A stretch of DNA of 64,000 nucleotides from Octopus sinensis. Its lineage: Eukaryota. Position numbers and translations under genes: made by a program. Below are positions 13,872 through 25,749 of this stretch, one piece after another (positions within the stretch are counted from its first letter, which is position 1; the number at the start of each line of letters is the position of its first letter). Under the pieces are notes generated by a model. It was not told the DNA's origin, ran no database searches, and worked only from the letters and a program-made list of their open reading frames with translations. The DNA is taken from NCBI RefSeq assembly GCF_006345805.1, contig NC_043001.1, positions 8,804,001-8,868,000 of the forward strand. The letters are read 5' to 3'.

Positions 13872-14249
13872 GTGTGTGTGTGTGTGTGCGTGTGTGTACA
13901 TATATTAATTATGTATGTGTGTGATTATATGCAGATACGCTTGCAGAAACACGAATATCATAGGGAGAGAAGGGGAGAAAGAAGGGCGTATGTATTTATG
14001 CCTGTAAATGCTTATATGTGTGTATGTGTGTGTTGTGCCTGAGTGTGTTGTGTGTGAGTGTGCACATGAGCGTGTGTGTATGTACGTGTGAGTTTCTGTG
14101 CAATTTACATATTCACATATTTATATTATTATTTGAATATTTCCAAACAATAAAATCGCTAATTCCACTTTCCCAGTGCAGTTGTTATTACATTTGTGAC
14201 GGCGTGTGTGAGGAAGAACAATCTATCACTTGACACGAATTTCTTCTCT

Positions 14250-14865
14250 CTGATTCTCAGCATTTTTCGTTATTAATATTTTTCAGCTCCTGATATTCGA
14301 TTTTTTTTTAGGTGTCCAGTACACCATCCTAAATGTTTGCACTAAAACTATGATAGCTTTGTGAGATGTAGTTTTATTGAATTCCGACAGCTCTGTCATT
14401 CCAGCCTCCCAAAATCTGCTGAAGCGTTCTTTTGTTAATCCATCTTTTCTCATAGAACCAACGTATGCAATATTCTTGTCGATTTTAATGTATTTCTTTC
14501 ATTCATCACCAGAGAAAGAGAATATAAACAGGCCATTATTATCCATATTTCTTGTCTGGATGACGATCATTCTTCTTTTGCCTCTCAAATACGAACAACC
14601 ATCCTCATCAAACTCCATTGTGTAAGTCCCGTGGGAATATTCTGGACATTTCTGTCTCTTGGTGATCTGAATATTACTTAAATATTGCTGAAGTTCATCA
14701 ACAGAAGAAGCGTGTGGGTGACGTTAATGCTATTTGCTTTTCTCTTCTCCAGATCCTTTCAAAGTGCTTGCATTTCTTTAACAAGGCTAACAACACGTTC
14801 ACTGCTATGTCGAAAATCATTGGAGATAAGATCTCTTCCTGGAATTTTGCTGCTAGAACTCTCAT
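14250..14865 (-). mobile_element. Old R4/Dong-like reverse transcriptase fragment
   Basis: Minus strand gives FQEEILSPMIFDIAVNVL (cf. IFQGDSLSPLLF), VTHTL..VDELQQY (cf. THLLFVDDLKLY), MEFDEDGCSYL, KYIKIDKNIAYVG and ELSEFNKT. Confidence 0.7.
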
Positions 14866-14923
14866 TAAATTAATATGTAAAGAATGAACTACTAAAGGTC
14901 TATGAGTGACTTTCTATGACATC

Positions 14924-15043
14924 GGCGCAGGCGTGGCTGTGTAGGCGCAGGCGTGGCTGTGTAGGCGCAGGCGTGGCTGTGTAGGCGCAGGCGTGGCTGT
15001 GTAGGAGGAGGCGTGGCTGTGTATGCGCAGGCGTGGCTGTGTG
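14924..15043 (+). repeat. Six tandem copies of the 20-bp SINE A 5' end (GGCGCAGGCGTGGCTGTGTA)
   Basis: Period-20 array running directly into the SINE body. Confidence 0.95.
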
Positions 15044-15445
15044 GTCAGTAGCTTGTTTACCAACCACATGGTTCCGGGTTCATTCCCACTGTGTGGCACA
15101 TTGGGCAAGTGTCTTCTACTATAGCCTCGGGCCGATCAAAGCCTTGTGAGTGGATTTAGTAGACGGAAACTGAAAGAAGCTCGTCGTATATATGTATATG
15201 TATATATATATGTATGCGTGTCTATGTTTGTGTGTCTGTGTTTGTCCCCCTAGCATTGCTTGACAGCAGATGCTGGTGTGTTTATATTCCCGTTACTTAG
15301 CGGTTCGGCAAAAGAGACCGATAGATTAAGCACTGGGCTTACAAAAGAATAAGTTCCGGGGTCGATTTGCTCGATTAAAGGCGGTGCTCCAGCATGGCCG
15401 CAGTCAAATGACTGAAACAAGTAATAGAGTATTAGAGTAATAGAG
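15024..15445 (+). mobile_element. Full-length tRNA-derived SINE family A (CORE-like segment, internal TA/TG microsatellite)
   Basis: A box TGGCTGTGTGG, B box GGTTCA.TCC, CORE-like tggcacattgggcaagtgtc, tail ggtgctccagcatggccgcagtcaaatgactgaaac(aagtaa/agag)n; many copies in the window. Confidence 0.9.
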
Positions 15446-15601
15446 ATTGTGTGTTAATGAACGTGAATGTGTGTAATATATATATATATGGAAAATAAAT
15501 ATAGAGATATACTAAGAACAATCCAATATATTTTTTATACTACAATATTACATTAAATATTGTGAATATAACATTATAATATACCATAACATAATATTAT
15601 T

Positions 15602-16088
15602 GTGACCCCTTCGGTCAGGGATGGTCATGGGATTGCATCTAGAGAGTTACCCTCCGAGGTAAAACTCTGGGCAAGGTTGTTTACGAAAGACCAGCAGTGG
15701 TCCACGCGTACCAGACTCCCCTCTCCATGCCACCGATGTTATCCAAGGGAAAGGCAAAGGCCGATTAAACTTGGCACCAGTGACGTCGCAGCTCGTCTAT
15801 TAACGTGCAAGTGACTGAGCACTCTACAGACACGTGTACCCTTAACGTAGTTCTCGGGGAGATTCAGCGTGACATAGAGTGTGACAAGGCTGGCCCTTTG
15901 AAATACAGGTACAACAGAAACAGGAAAAAAAAAGTGGGAGAAACTTGTGGTGAAAGAGTACAGCAGGGTTCTTCACCACCTTCGTGCTTTCGCTTAATAA
16001 ACACTCACAATGCCCGGTCTGGGAATCGAAACCGCGATCGTACTACCGCGAGTCCGCTGCGCTAACCAATGGGCCATTGCGCTTCCAC
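15602..16088 (-). mobile_element. Chimeric SINE: family C tRNA(Arg)-like head and body joined to a family D tail
   Basis: 15800-16088 matches 43762-44143; 15640-15790 matches 61952-62100; flanked by aacataatat(t/c)at direct repeats. Confidence 0.8.
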
Positions 16089-16124
16089 AACATAATATCA
16101 TATAACGTAAATAATTGTACTGTA

Positions 16125-16588
16125 TTCAAAGGATGAGGAATCAAGTATATTATTTATATTATTTGCATTTCACGGATATTTGTCCTCATCTTGTATGTTG
16201 TTAATCCAATATTTCGGCTGCTATACCCTCAAGACATTATCAGGTGTAGTGGGGAATTTCGAATCTAGGTTCTCATTCCTAAGGTATTATTCAATGTTAA
16301 TAATAAATATAATAATAATAATAATTATAATAATCATAATAATCATAATAATAATAATAATAATAATATAGTCACTGCCTGGGTTCGAACTTGGAATCTT
16401 GGAGTTACTATCCCGCGCTCATAACCACTACGCCATATGCCCGTGACAACCCGGGTTCGAAATTTTCCCAAGACACCTGATGAAGGCTGGAGAGAGTATC
16501 AGCTGAAACGTTGTGTTAACAACAGACAAGATAAGGACAAATATCTGTCAAATGTAAATAATGGACATAATTCCTCATCTGTTAAATA
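16125..16588 (-). mobile_element. Element with ~150-bp inverted hammerhead-containing arms around a tRNA-like head (candidate Penelope-dependent SINE), copy 1
   Basis: 16125-16275 is the inverted repeat of 16445-16588; tRNA-like head on minus at 16371-16442 (TGGCGTAGTGG, GTTCGAAC); second copy at 55752-56073. Confidence 0.8.
16472..16517 (+). ncRNA. Minimal type I hammerhead ribozyme motif
   Basis: gacac-CTGATGA-a-ggctg(gagagagtat)cagct-GAA-ACGT-T-gtgtt: stem I gacac/gtgtt, stem II, palindromic stem III ACGT, GUU cleavage triplet. Confidence 0.8.
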
Positions 16589-16789
16589 ATTGTAATATAC
16601 ATAAATTACTGGATTGTCTAACTATATCTCTCGATTTAATTTATCTTTATTATTGAATTAGACCAATATTTATATGGTATCCAACTCAAGTACCAGCGAA
16701 TTGGATGTTTAACACAACCCTTTGAAGGATTTCATCTCCTCAGTTTCTTACCTTATATATATGTGTGTGTATATATATTCCTTTCTTCT

Positions 16790-16980
16790 TTTAGTATTTT
16801 ACTTGTTTCAGTTATATGACTGCAGCCATGCTGGAGCACCGCCTTTAGTCGAATAAATCAACCCCAGGACTTATTCTTTATAAGACTAGTACTTATTTTA
16901 TCGTTCTCTTTTGCCGAACCGCTAAGTTACGGGGACGTAAGTACGGAAACATCGGTTGGTGGGATGGTGGGAGACAGAGA
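16790..16980 (-). mobile_element. SINE family A 3' half
   Basis: Reverse complement of the family A tail. Confidence 0.85.
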
Positions 16981-17239
16981 TGCATAAAGATATACATGCA
17001 TATATGTGTATATTTATATATATATGTGTGTATATGTATATGTATGTACATATATATGTATATGCACATACATATATATAATAATGTATTAAAATATATA
17101 TGTATATGTATATGTATATATATATATATATAATATATATATTATATATATATATATATATTATATATATATATATAAATAGTAACTTTATGACAACAAA
17201 ACAATGAATGGGACTTATTTTGTAAATAGATGAATTTTA

Positions 17240-17451
17240 CTGTATATAATGTGTGACAATAATTCGGTTACCATAATAAAACTCCGAGTTTCGGATGTCG
17301 GGATGGAAATCTGCTCCGTCAGTTATTAAAACAATAGCATTTCTAAATTGTCTTAATAACTGACGAGATGCCAGAGCAGAGCTCCGCACTGACATCCGAA
17401 ACTGGGAGATTTATTACGGCAACCGAATAATTGTCGCACAGTATATTACAG
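17240..17451. mobile_element. Head-to-head foldback of two hammerhead-bearing pLTR arms
   Basis: Arms 17240-17335 and 17347-17451; right arm taataa-CTGACGA-gatgccag..ctgacatc-cGAAAC..ttatta; left arm (minus) GAA-ACTCgGAGT-T-ttatta. Confidence 0.75.
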
Positions 17452-17469
17452 ATATATATAGAGAGAGGA

Positions 17470-17571
<102 letters not shown>

Positions 17572-18166
17572 GATTTGTTTATTAGAATCTATGGAAACAC
17601 TAATAGCTCAAACATGAATTTTAATACTTCAACTTCTTTTTCGGAAACACCTTTATCCCCTGTGATTCAATTCAGTATACGCGTTGGATAATTCTGTAAA
17701 TCAATATCCGACCCGTGAAGAAACTTAATGCAAGATTTTCTTTCCTTTTTCTCTATATAATTCTCAACAATCTTTCCAACCTCCGCACCGACATTATTTT
17801 TGTGTAAATAACCACACGTTAGGGTGAAAGAAATTTCAAAATATACAGTTTATGTTGAACTGCTTTTTAACAATTACTATTTTCATCCTGGTTTTGCTTT
17901 GTTTTCTTTTTCATTAACTTTTCATTCCGTTTTGTTTATAATTTTATATTTCTTTTATATTTGCGATAGATGTTTCGTTTTCAGTTGATAGACCCTCTTT
18001 TATATATATGTTTGTATACATAAAACAAAAATAAATTTATATATACATACATACATATACATATATATATAGGCATATATATGTATGTATAAGCTAAATA
18101 TATATTTGTTATATATTCGTTGCATATATAAACACATACATGCATACTCACACACACACGCACACA

Positions 18167-18206
<40 letters not shown>

Positions 18207-18952
18207 TACACACACATATATATATAGTATAATATTTTGCATTGATTCGTTCGTGAAATGATATTGTTTGTATTTTATTCCATCAAAATTGCACTTGACT
18301 TGATAAACACTTGTACTTGGCGTTGGATTTTATTTATGGTGTATGGATGTATTAAAACATACTTGTTCTATGAATCTAGCTCAATAAATAACTAGTTCCT
18401 TTCATGTATTTGCCAATATCCCCCTGGAAATTCTCTGAGCCGTGTATAAGTTTGTGATTGCCCCCCAAATATTTTTTCTTTCATTTCTTTCTTCAAGCGT
18501 TTTCATTTCAAAGGAGAATGTTCCGTCTTAGTTCTATTATGATAAGTTACTGTGTCATGGAAAGGGAGGTGAATATTAAAATGCCCATCTATATTCTTTG
18601 AAATAATGTCTAGGTGTAATTGATCACATAGAAACACCATACTTTCACATTGCCTCTTTCATATTTGAAATACAGGAGCAACCAAATGCTATCCAACGTG
18701 GTTAAGTCGTTTGTTTCGTAATCATGAGATCGTCGGTTCGACCTTACCTTCAGGCCATATAAGCAGATACGTTTTCTTAAACCTCAGAATTGAACAAAGT
18801 GAATTTGCGTGAATGTGAGTCGATGACACGTGGAATGGACTGTACCAATATTTCGCAGGTGTAGGGGGTTCAGTTATTCAAATAGCGCAAATGGAAGCAC
18901 TCACAGATACATTTGAGGCGTATTAAAGTCCAATATTAGGATTAACTAAAAA

Positions 18953-19170
18953 GGGGCGGGCTGGCAGAATCATTAGCACGCCGGGCGATATGCTTAATGT
19001 CTGCCGTTATATTCTGAATTCAATTTCAGCCGAGGTCGACTTTGCCTTTCCTCCTTTTGGGCTGGATTAAATAAGTATCACTTGCGCACTGGGGTCGATG
19101 CAATCGGCATAATCCATTTGTCTTTGTTTGTCCCCTTTATGTTTAGTCCCTTGTAGGCAATAAAGAAATA
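18953..19170 (+). mobile_element. SINE family B (tRNA-like head and Nin/Deu-like central domain)
   Basis: ggcgggctggcagaatcattagcacgccggg...gaggtcgactttgcctttc...cactggggtcgat; many copies in the window. Confidence 0.85.
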
Positions 19171-19399
19171 AATATTATGATTAACCACAAAGAATAAGTG
19201 CTACGCTTACAAGGAATAAGTCTTTGAGGTCGATTTGTTCGACTAAAGGCGGTGCTTCATCATGGCCACAGTCGAATGGCTGAAACATAAAAAAATAAAA
19301 CAAAGCCAAAGCACAATGCTCCCTCCGCATTATAACCATCAATAAAATACTTCTAGAATATCACTAGCCTTCCGAACTTTGTAGCATATTATTTTGTAC

Positions 19400-19932
19400 T
19401 CTAGGCATAAGGCCCAAAATTCTTGGGGAAGCGTCTAGTCGATTAGACGGACGCCAGTACGCAACTGGTACTTACTTTTTTGACCCCGAAAGGATGAAAG
19501 GCAAAGTCGACCTCGGCGGAATTTGAACTCAGAACGTAGCGGCAGACAAAATACCTATTTCTTTAATTCCCACAAGGGGCTAAACACAGAGGGGACAAAC
19601 AAGGACAGACAGACGGATTAATTCGATTATATCGACCCCAGTACGTAACTGGTACTTATTTAATCGACCCCGAAAGGATGAAAGGCAAAGTCGACCTCGG
19701 CGGAATTTGAACTCAGAACGTATCAGCAGCTAACGTTTCTTATTTCGTTATTGCCTACAAGGGCCTAAACACAGAGGGGACAAACAAGGACAGACAAAGG
19801 GATTAAGACGATTACATCCACCCCAGTCCGTAACTAGTACTTAATTTATCGACCCCGAAAGGATGAAAGGCAATGTCGACCTCGGTGGAATTTGAACTCG
19901 GCGTGCTAACGTTTCTGCTAGCTCGCCGCCTT
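19400..19932 (-). mobile_element. SINE family B, three tandem body units behind one head
   Basis: Three iterations of gaccccgaaaggatgaaaggcaaagtcgacctcggcggaatttgaactc. Confidence 0.9.
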
Positions 19933-21824
19933 CCAATCTGTGTAGAATAATGACCCAGTAAAGTATGTGCTGTGTGAGTTATTTTATTTTATTGATTGCC
20001 GAACGCATTGGCTTCTGGTTCCGACTACACGGAGTTCCCCTTTGGCTAAACGTGATTCTAGAGTAAGTTCTCCTACAGTGAGACTATATTCTTGCACTGC
20101 GTTCTCTTGGTTACAATAGGTGCTTTTCATTTCAGAATATATTCCGGTGCTTCTGAAATAAATTAGCTTTTACATATCAATATGTTCTTAGAAAGCAAAT
20201 GCTTAATCGTAAATTTTCCCCTATAAGCAATGCAACGTTCCTATATAATTTCCGACTCTACATAAATTCTGATAAAACCGCTTTATTATATGATTATAAT
20301 ATTGCTGTTAATTGATGTTCCGCGTCAAACTACATTTCGACATATTCAATAACCTTTCCCCAACATAACACAAAACTAGCGAAAGTGTAAATTCTATAAA
20401 ATAAAGATCTAAAGGTGACTGGCTGCAACACTCTTTACAATCTTTATTAGTTATGAGATATAGTCCTTAATAAGTTAATAATTGTGTTGTTCTGTATCTT
20501 TATTGTTTTCACAAATCCAGAATGAAAATATCATTATTGACTGCGATAACTCGAACATCGATTGAGACGTTTTCTAACGTTTTGATAGCCAATATATTCA
20601 GACTCACTTGAATTTCTCTTTGAATATCTTGTTACGCCTGCTTATCTCGGTCAATGATTGCTACCGACAAAATTGATAAGCTATCTTTTAAATTCTCTTT
20701 CTGCGAAGAATATTGTTATAGCACTGATATAGGCATCGAGAAAAAGTAGAAAGTATAAATAAACTTATCATGTTTTTCTGTTACAGACAAAAATGTCGGA
20801 TTTCTATATGTTTGATAATAAACAATAGAAATACGGTGCTTTCCAATATTTGTTCTTGACGACTGGTCGTTCCAGCTGCTAAACAAGATATTTAAACACA
20901 TGAGAGTTTACAATACAATGACGTGTATCGTGTGAAGTTAAGTACTAAACTTGATTTGATTCTAAAATCATCTCTCTGAAGATAAATTCTTCGCGAACCA
21001 GATTAGCGTATTCTCAAACACTGCTTCCGCTGAGATAAACTTCACTATTAAAACCACTTGCTTTTCCCCTTCTTTCATACGATCGAATAGTGTGATTCTG
21101 TGTAATTTGATTAGTCTAGCTCAAGTTTAATTTATATATATTGTCCATATATATTTATCATGGTGGTACATTCAAATTTCACTTTTTCCTGGAGTCTTAA
21201 TGTCGGCTGGTCTATTGTTATGGCCTCATTTCAGAATATTCATATTTCTGTTCGTATTTATAATCAGCGCTTTTTATCTGTCTTTTTTGAGAGCCATGAG
21301 ACTTTATCTCCACAGCAGTCGCCATGGACAATCAAATTTCTGATACAAAATATCCGTTTCTTTCAGTTTTTTTTCTATTAGTATTTATGAATTATTTTAG
21401 CTTTTATTTCATTTTCCACTTTTAACAAAATAAAGCACAATATGATTATAGAAAATACAACCAATATCCACGAATATATTTGTGTGTGTGGTAGTTTCTA
21501 TTTGTGTATTTGGTTATTGGTAAAGAGATTAGTAACTGGTAACGAATAAAAATATAAACCACTCCATTCTCTCCAACAATATTTATATACTCCGATGCCA
21601 AAAATTTCCATGATCCATAATTTGAATGTCATTGAAATATAAGATCTATATGTGTGTGTGTATGTGTGTGTCAGTGTGTATGTTTCTATGTGTGCATGTG
21701 TCTCTATATGTGCGTAAGTGTGTCTATGTTTATAGGTCTGTTTATATGGAGGCATAAGTATATTAAACATACATACGCACTCACACCGCGCATATAGACA
21801 AATACATGTATGTATATATATATA

Positions 21825-21891
<67 letters not shown>

Positions 21892-22025
21892 TGTATTTGC
21901 GTGAATGTGTATGAGTGTGTTTATGTTCGTGTGTATTGGAAATCGGCGAAGCCCGCTTCCATTTCGTTGGAGGGAATTATTTCCTCCTCTCATTTTATCA
22001 TTTCCTCATGCATACTGTGTACATA

Positions 22026-22079
<54 letters not shown>

Positions 22080-22483
22080 TAATATATATATATATATATG
22101 CATATATATATACATATATATATATAGATACATATACTCATATAAATATATGTATAGTCATAAATTAATCTTTATATTTTATATCTAGTAATAACAAAAA
22201 TAGTCTTTGCTAAACTGGAGAACAGCTAAATACTATCTATAGAGTACTTATTTATTACAGTTTTATGAGGAAAGCTTGACAGTGACTTTGAAGCGACGTG
22301 TGTGCTACATTTCGTTAGACTGTAAATACACACAGACATGTGTGTGTGGTGTGTATGTGAGAGAGAGAGTGTGTGTATATATATATATTATATAATATAT
22401 ATATATATATTAAATTAGAGACAAAACCACTATTAGGTAAATCAAACAATGAAAAACTTAAGCCAATACATAATATTATTTAA

Positions 22484-22524
<41 letters not shown>

Positions 22525-22544
22525 ATATATATATACACTGCTCT

Positions 22545-23165
22545 CCTTTCAGTCTGTTTCTTGTGATGTGGTTTCTTTCGGTGTCTGAGATAAATATAAA
22601 AATATTTTCGAATCTTCTTTGGAAATCTTTATTTACATCTACGTCTCGCAGATGTCTGATGCTGCTTGGCGAAGTACTGACAATTTGTAGATCCATGAAA
22701 GCGAACCTCTTATAGTAATATTTCTTTATTGTAGGTAGAGAATACTGGATCTTTGGTATTATGCAGTGCCGTTCAAGCCGAGTGTTAGCATAGACTTTTG
22801 ATTCCGGACTTATAAACTATGACTTCCAGGAACTTCTGTATATATATCACTGTATATCTTCCATATCTTGTCTTCAGAGATTCTACCTTCCATTCCTTCA
22901 TCCGCTCCCAGTAGCTCATCGCCCACAGAGAGCCAACCTTTGTTGAATAATGATTTGACTTCCGCTGTTATTTGATACTTTTGGTACCAGTAATCTAGAC
23001 TGTCTAAAACGAATGATGTTTGTTAGGGTATCATAGCACCCTTTTTCCGGTTCTGATTGATCTCAGAATCGACCTAGTCACGCACCTGCACCTTGTTGTC
23101 ATCTTAGAAATTTGCGCATAGAATGATGCATCACAACCCAAATCTGTAGGTATGTGCGTATGAAA
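22545..23165 (-). mobile_element. CR1/L2-like LINE ORF2 C-terminal remnant
   Basis: MSYWERMKEWKVESLKTRYGRYTVIYIQKFLE..YANTRLERHCIIPKI (cf. SYWERLKELRLYSLERRRERY..IYIWKILE). Confidence 0.7.
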
Positions 23166-23314
23166 GCTTCCTAAATTGCTCTTTTGTGATAAATTCATGT
23201 GTTCATTATTTACATTATCCACATGCACACACAAACACACACATACACATTCGTATATATACTCACATATACATATATTTACCTATTAATACACTTTTAC
23301 TTATTTGTTTGTCC

Positions 23315-23445
23315 TTCTGCCGAAGTCGAGTTTGCCTTTTATCCTTTCGTAGTCGACAAATTAAGTACTAATTGCGTACTGGGGTCGATGAAATCGACTA
23401 GGCCCCTCCCACAAATTCCAGACCCTGTGCCTATAGTAGAAAGGG
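23315..23445 (+). mobile_element. SINE family B fragment
   Basis: gccgaagtcgagtttgccttttatccttt...tactggggtcgat. Confidence 0.75.
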
Positions 23446-24718
23446 TTACTTTGTATCTATACGAAAGATTCTAAATAATAAATGTGTGAATAGGGAACTC
23501 ATTGGAGCTAGAAACAAATTTCAAACCAAATAATGCTAACCCAATTTGCAGAAATATTCTGAAAGAGACCGGGGTGAAATCTTTTTTAGTGATTACCTAA
23601 GCCTTTATTCTATTATTAGTTCATAAAACGCGACAATACTTCACAGAACTTTAGCAAAAATCACTGATTGACCACCTGTCTCCAAATATATCAGATCTAT
23701 AAATCATTGAACGAAAATTCGATCCGAGTCATGATTTGTGCAGTAAATTATTTCAAGATTACCTTATCATCGACCGATGTACACTGCTAGACCTTCCAGC
23801 AAATTGTGTTTATTATGTCGGAAATAAATCTCAAACTTCAGGAAAACCAAACATGTTCACATAAGACTCGTAAGTCTAGATAGAGTATGTTGCCAAAATA
23901 TTCCACCACAACGCCAGTCACAAGCCACACAAGACACTGCTACTTCTTCATTCGTGAAACTTATTGTTCTCTATATAAAATGAATATTATGTGTTATAAA
24001 GAACACAAATTTCTTTCTTAAATTAACTACAGGTTCCAATAATGAAAGCGAAAAGCCGTTAATAGTATTCATATGATTTTTATGGCTTAATCAGTTGCAA
24101 CATTTTGGCATTTTCAGTGACTCGGTGAATGGCAAAACAAACATAATTTTGACTGAATATGGCAAAATTCTCCTTCAAACCAATCACGAACAAGATGCTG
24201 GTGTTAAACCATTAACATATTAGTTTTATTTAACTTGAAATACTACAAGTGTAGTTTCTAATCAGTTTGTTTGGCTTATTAAAAAAGCGCAATTGAAATT
24301 AAGTAGGCGATAAATAAGTATTAATGATAATTTATGAGATGCGCGTAAAACAGCGACAATCCAAACAACAAGGTGTTAATTGAATCCCAATGCGATCTGG
24401 CAAACTCAAACATGAATATCATATATCTTTTGTTTTTCGTCATCAGAGAATATCTACTCCTTTCAAACGATGTTTATTCATAACCCCATGCAAATCAACG
24501 GAGTCAAGAGGGTTTGAGGTTCCGTGGGATTTTGACTTAATTTTCTGCCACTAACTCAAAGGAACGTCACTGAATCGATGAATCTAGCAAGGGAACTGGT
24601 AGAGCTCTTCTTTATACAAAGGAAAAAACAAATTATTTGTTGATGTATGCAGATATCTGGGAGGCAGAAAATAGTTCCTTGCTTGCATTTTCGTTGTTCT
24701 GCGTGCACCTTATGAATA

Positions 24719-25014
24719 GTGGAGGCTTAGTGGTTAGAGCAGCGAACTTGCGATCGAGGGATCGTGGGTTCGAATCTCAACCCGGATGATGTGTGTGTTT
24801 ATGAGCGAAACACCTAAGCTCCACGTGGCTCCGGCAAAAAGTAATGGCGAACTTCTGCTGACACCTTCGCCATAAATTTCTCTCATTCTTTCCTCCTGCA
24901 TCTTGCAGCTCACCTGCGAAGAACCTGCGTCCCATCCAGGTGGGGAACCTATACGCCAAGGAAACCGGAAAACCGGCCCTTATGAGCCAGGCGTGGCTCG
25001 AGAAGGAACAAACA
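24719..25014 (+). mobile_element. tRNA-derived SINE with family C head and V-domain-like 3' half
   Basis: A box GGCTTAGTGG, B box GGTTCGAATC; cctgcg..cgtcccatccagg..gaaaccgg..gagcca..tggctcg resembles the V-SINE domain; flanking accttatgRat direct repeats. Confidence 0.75.
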
Positions 25015-25749
25015 ACCTTATGGATTATTCTTCTTTTGGTACACGTCAGCAAACATCGACATATAATTTGCGGCTTTCTATAAGCAAGGAATCGTGATCG
25101 TGTTAGATTCAACATTACGGTGGCGACGTAGCTCTGAGTGGGAGACACTCAACAAAGTCGAATCACCACGTAGTCTCAAAATCCCTTTACACCGTTGAAT
25201 GGCGTGTATTATGAACAAACATCGTCTCTCCCTAGGAACTGTTCTCGCCTAACGAAAGACAACGGCGATCAGTTATTCAATTCGAAACGGCCAAAACTGA
25301 TTGAGTATAGCTAGGTCATTGTTATGAATAACAGATAGCTATCATTTTAATAGGTAGCGTACAGTCAATGTTTAATGATTAAATACACGCTGAGCAGCAA
25401 GTAATTAAACTCAGAAATAGCTTGCCGTGTTAGGTAAGTGTTATAATATATGACCAGGAATTCCGCAAGACATTTCAAAGCAGCACCTAGAGTTCTAGCA
25501 TTTTCCAATCCAAACACATTTTTTGTTAACATTCCAGAAAACTTGGAAAATATTTTTTATTCACAACCCAATGTAATATATACAAATGCATAACGAATTA
25601 GTTGTAGCTTCAGTTTCTTACCTAGGGTCAATCTAGGCGCTTAGATGTTCGTTGACAGTGAATTATTTCTGGCTTATGATTTCGGTATCATTGCTCATTT
25701 GGTGGATTTCGGTCAAAGGCAGCGAGAAAACGTCGACACTATTAGGCAA

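Noticed and set aside
14924-15043. CRISPR-like regular repeat
   Set aside because: No spacers; it is a tandem of a SINE 5' end in eukaryotic DNA with no cas genes
16371-16442. Functional tRNA gene (also at 24719, 44070, 55965, 59680)
   Set aside because: A/B boxes are present, but acceptor stems do not close and each runs into a repeat body; these are SINE heads
20500-21080. Possible very old REL-endonuclease LINE remnant on minus
   Set aside because: Similarity by eye is too weak to support
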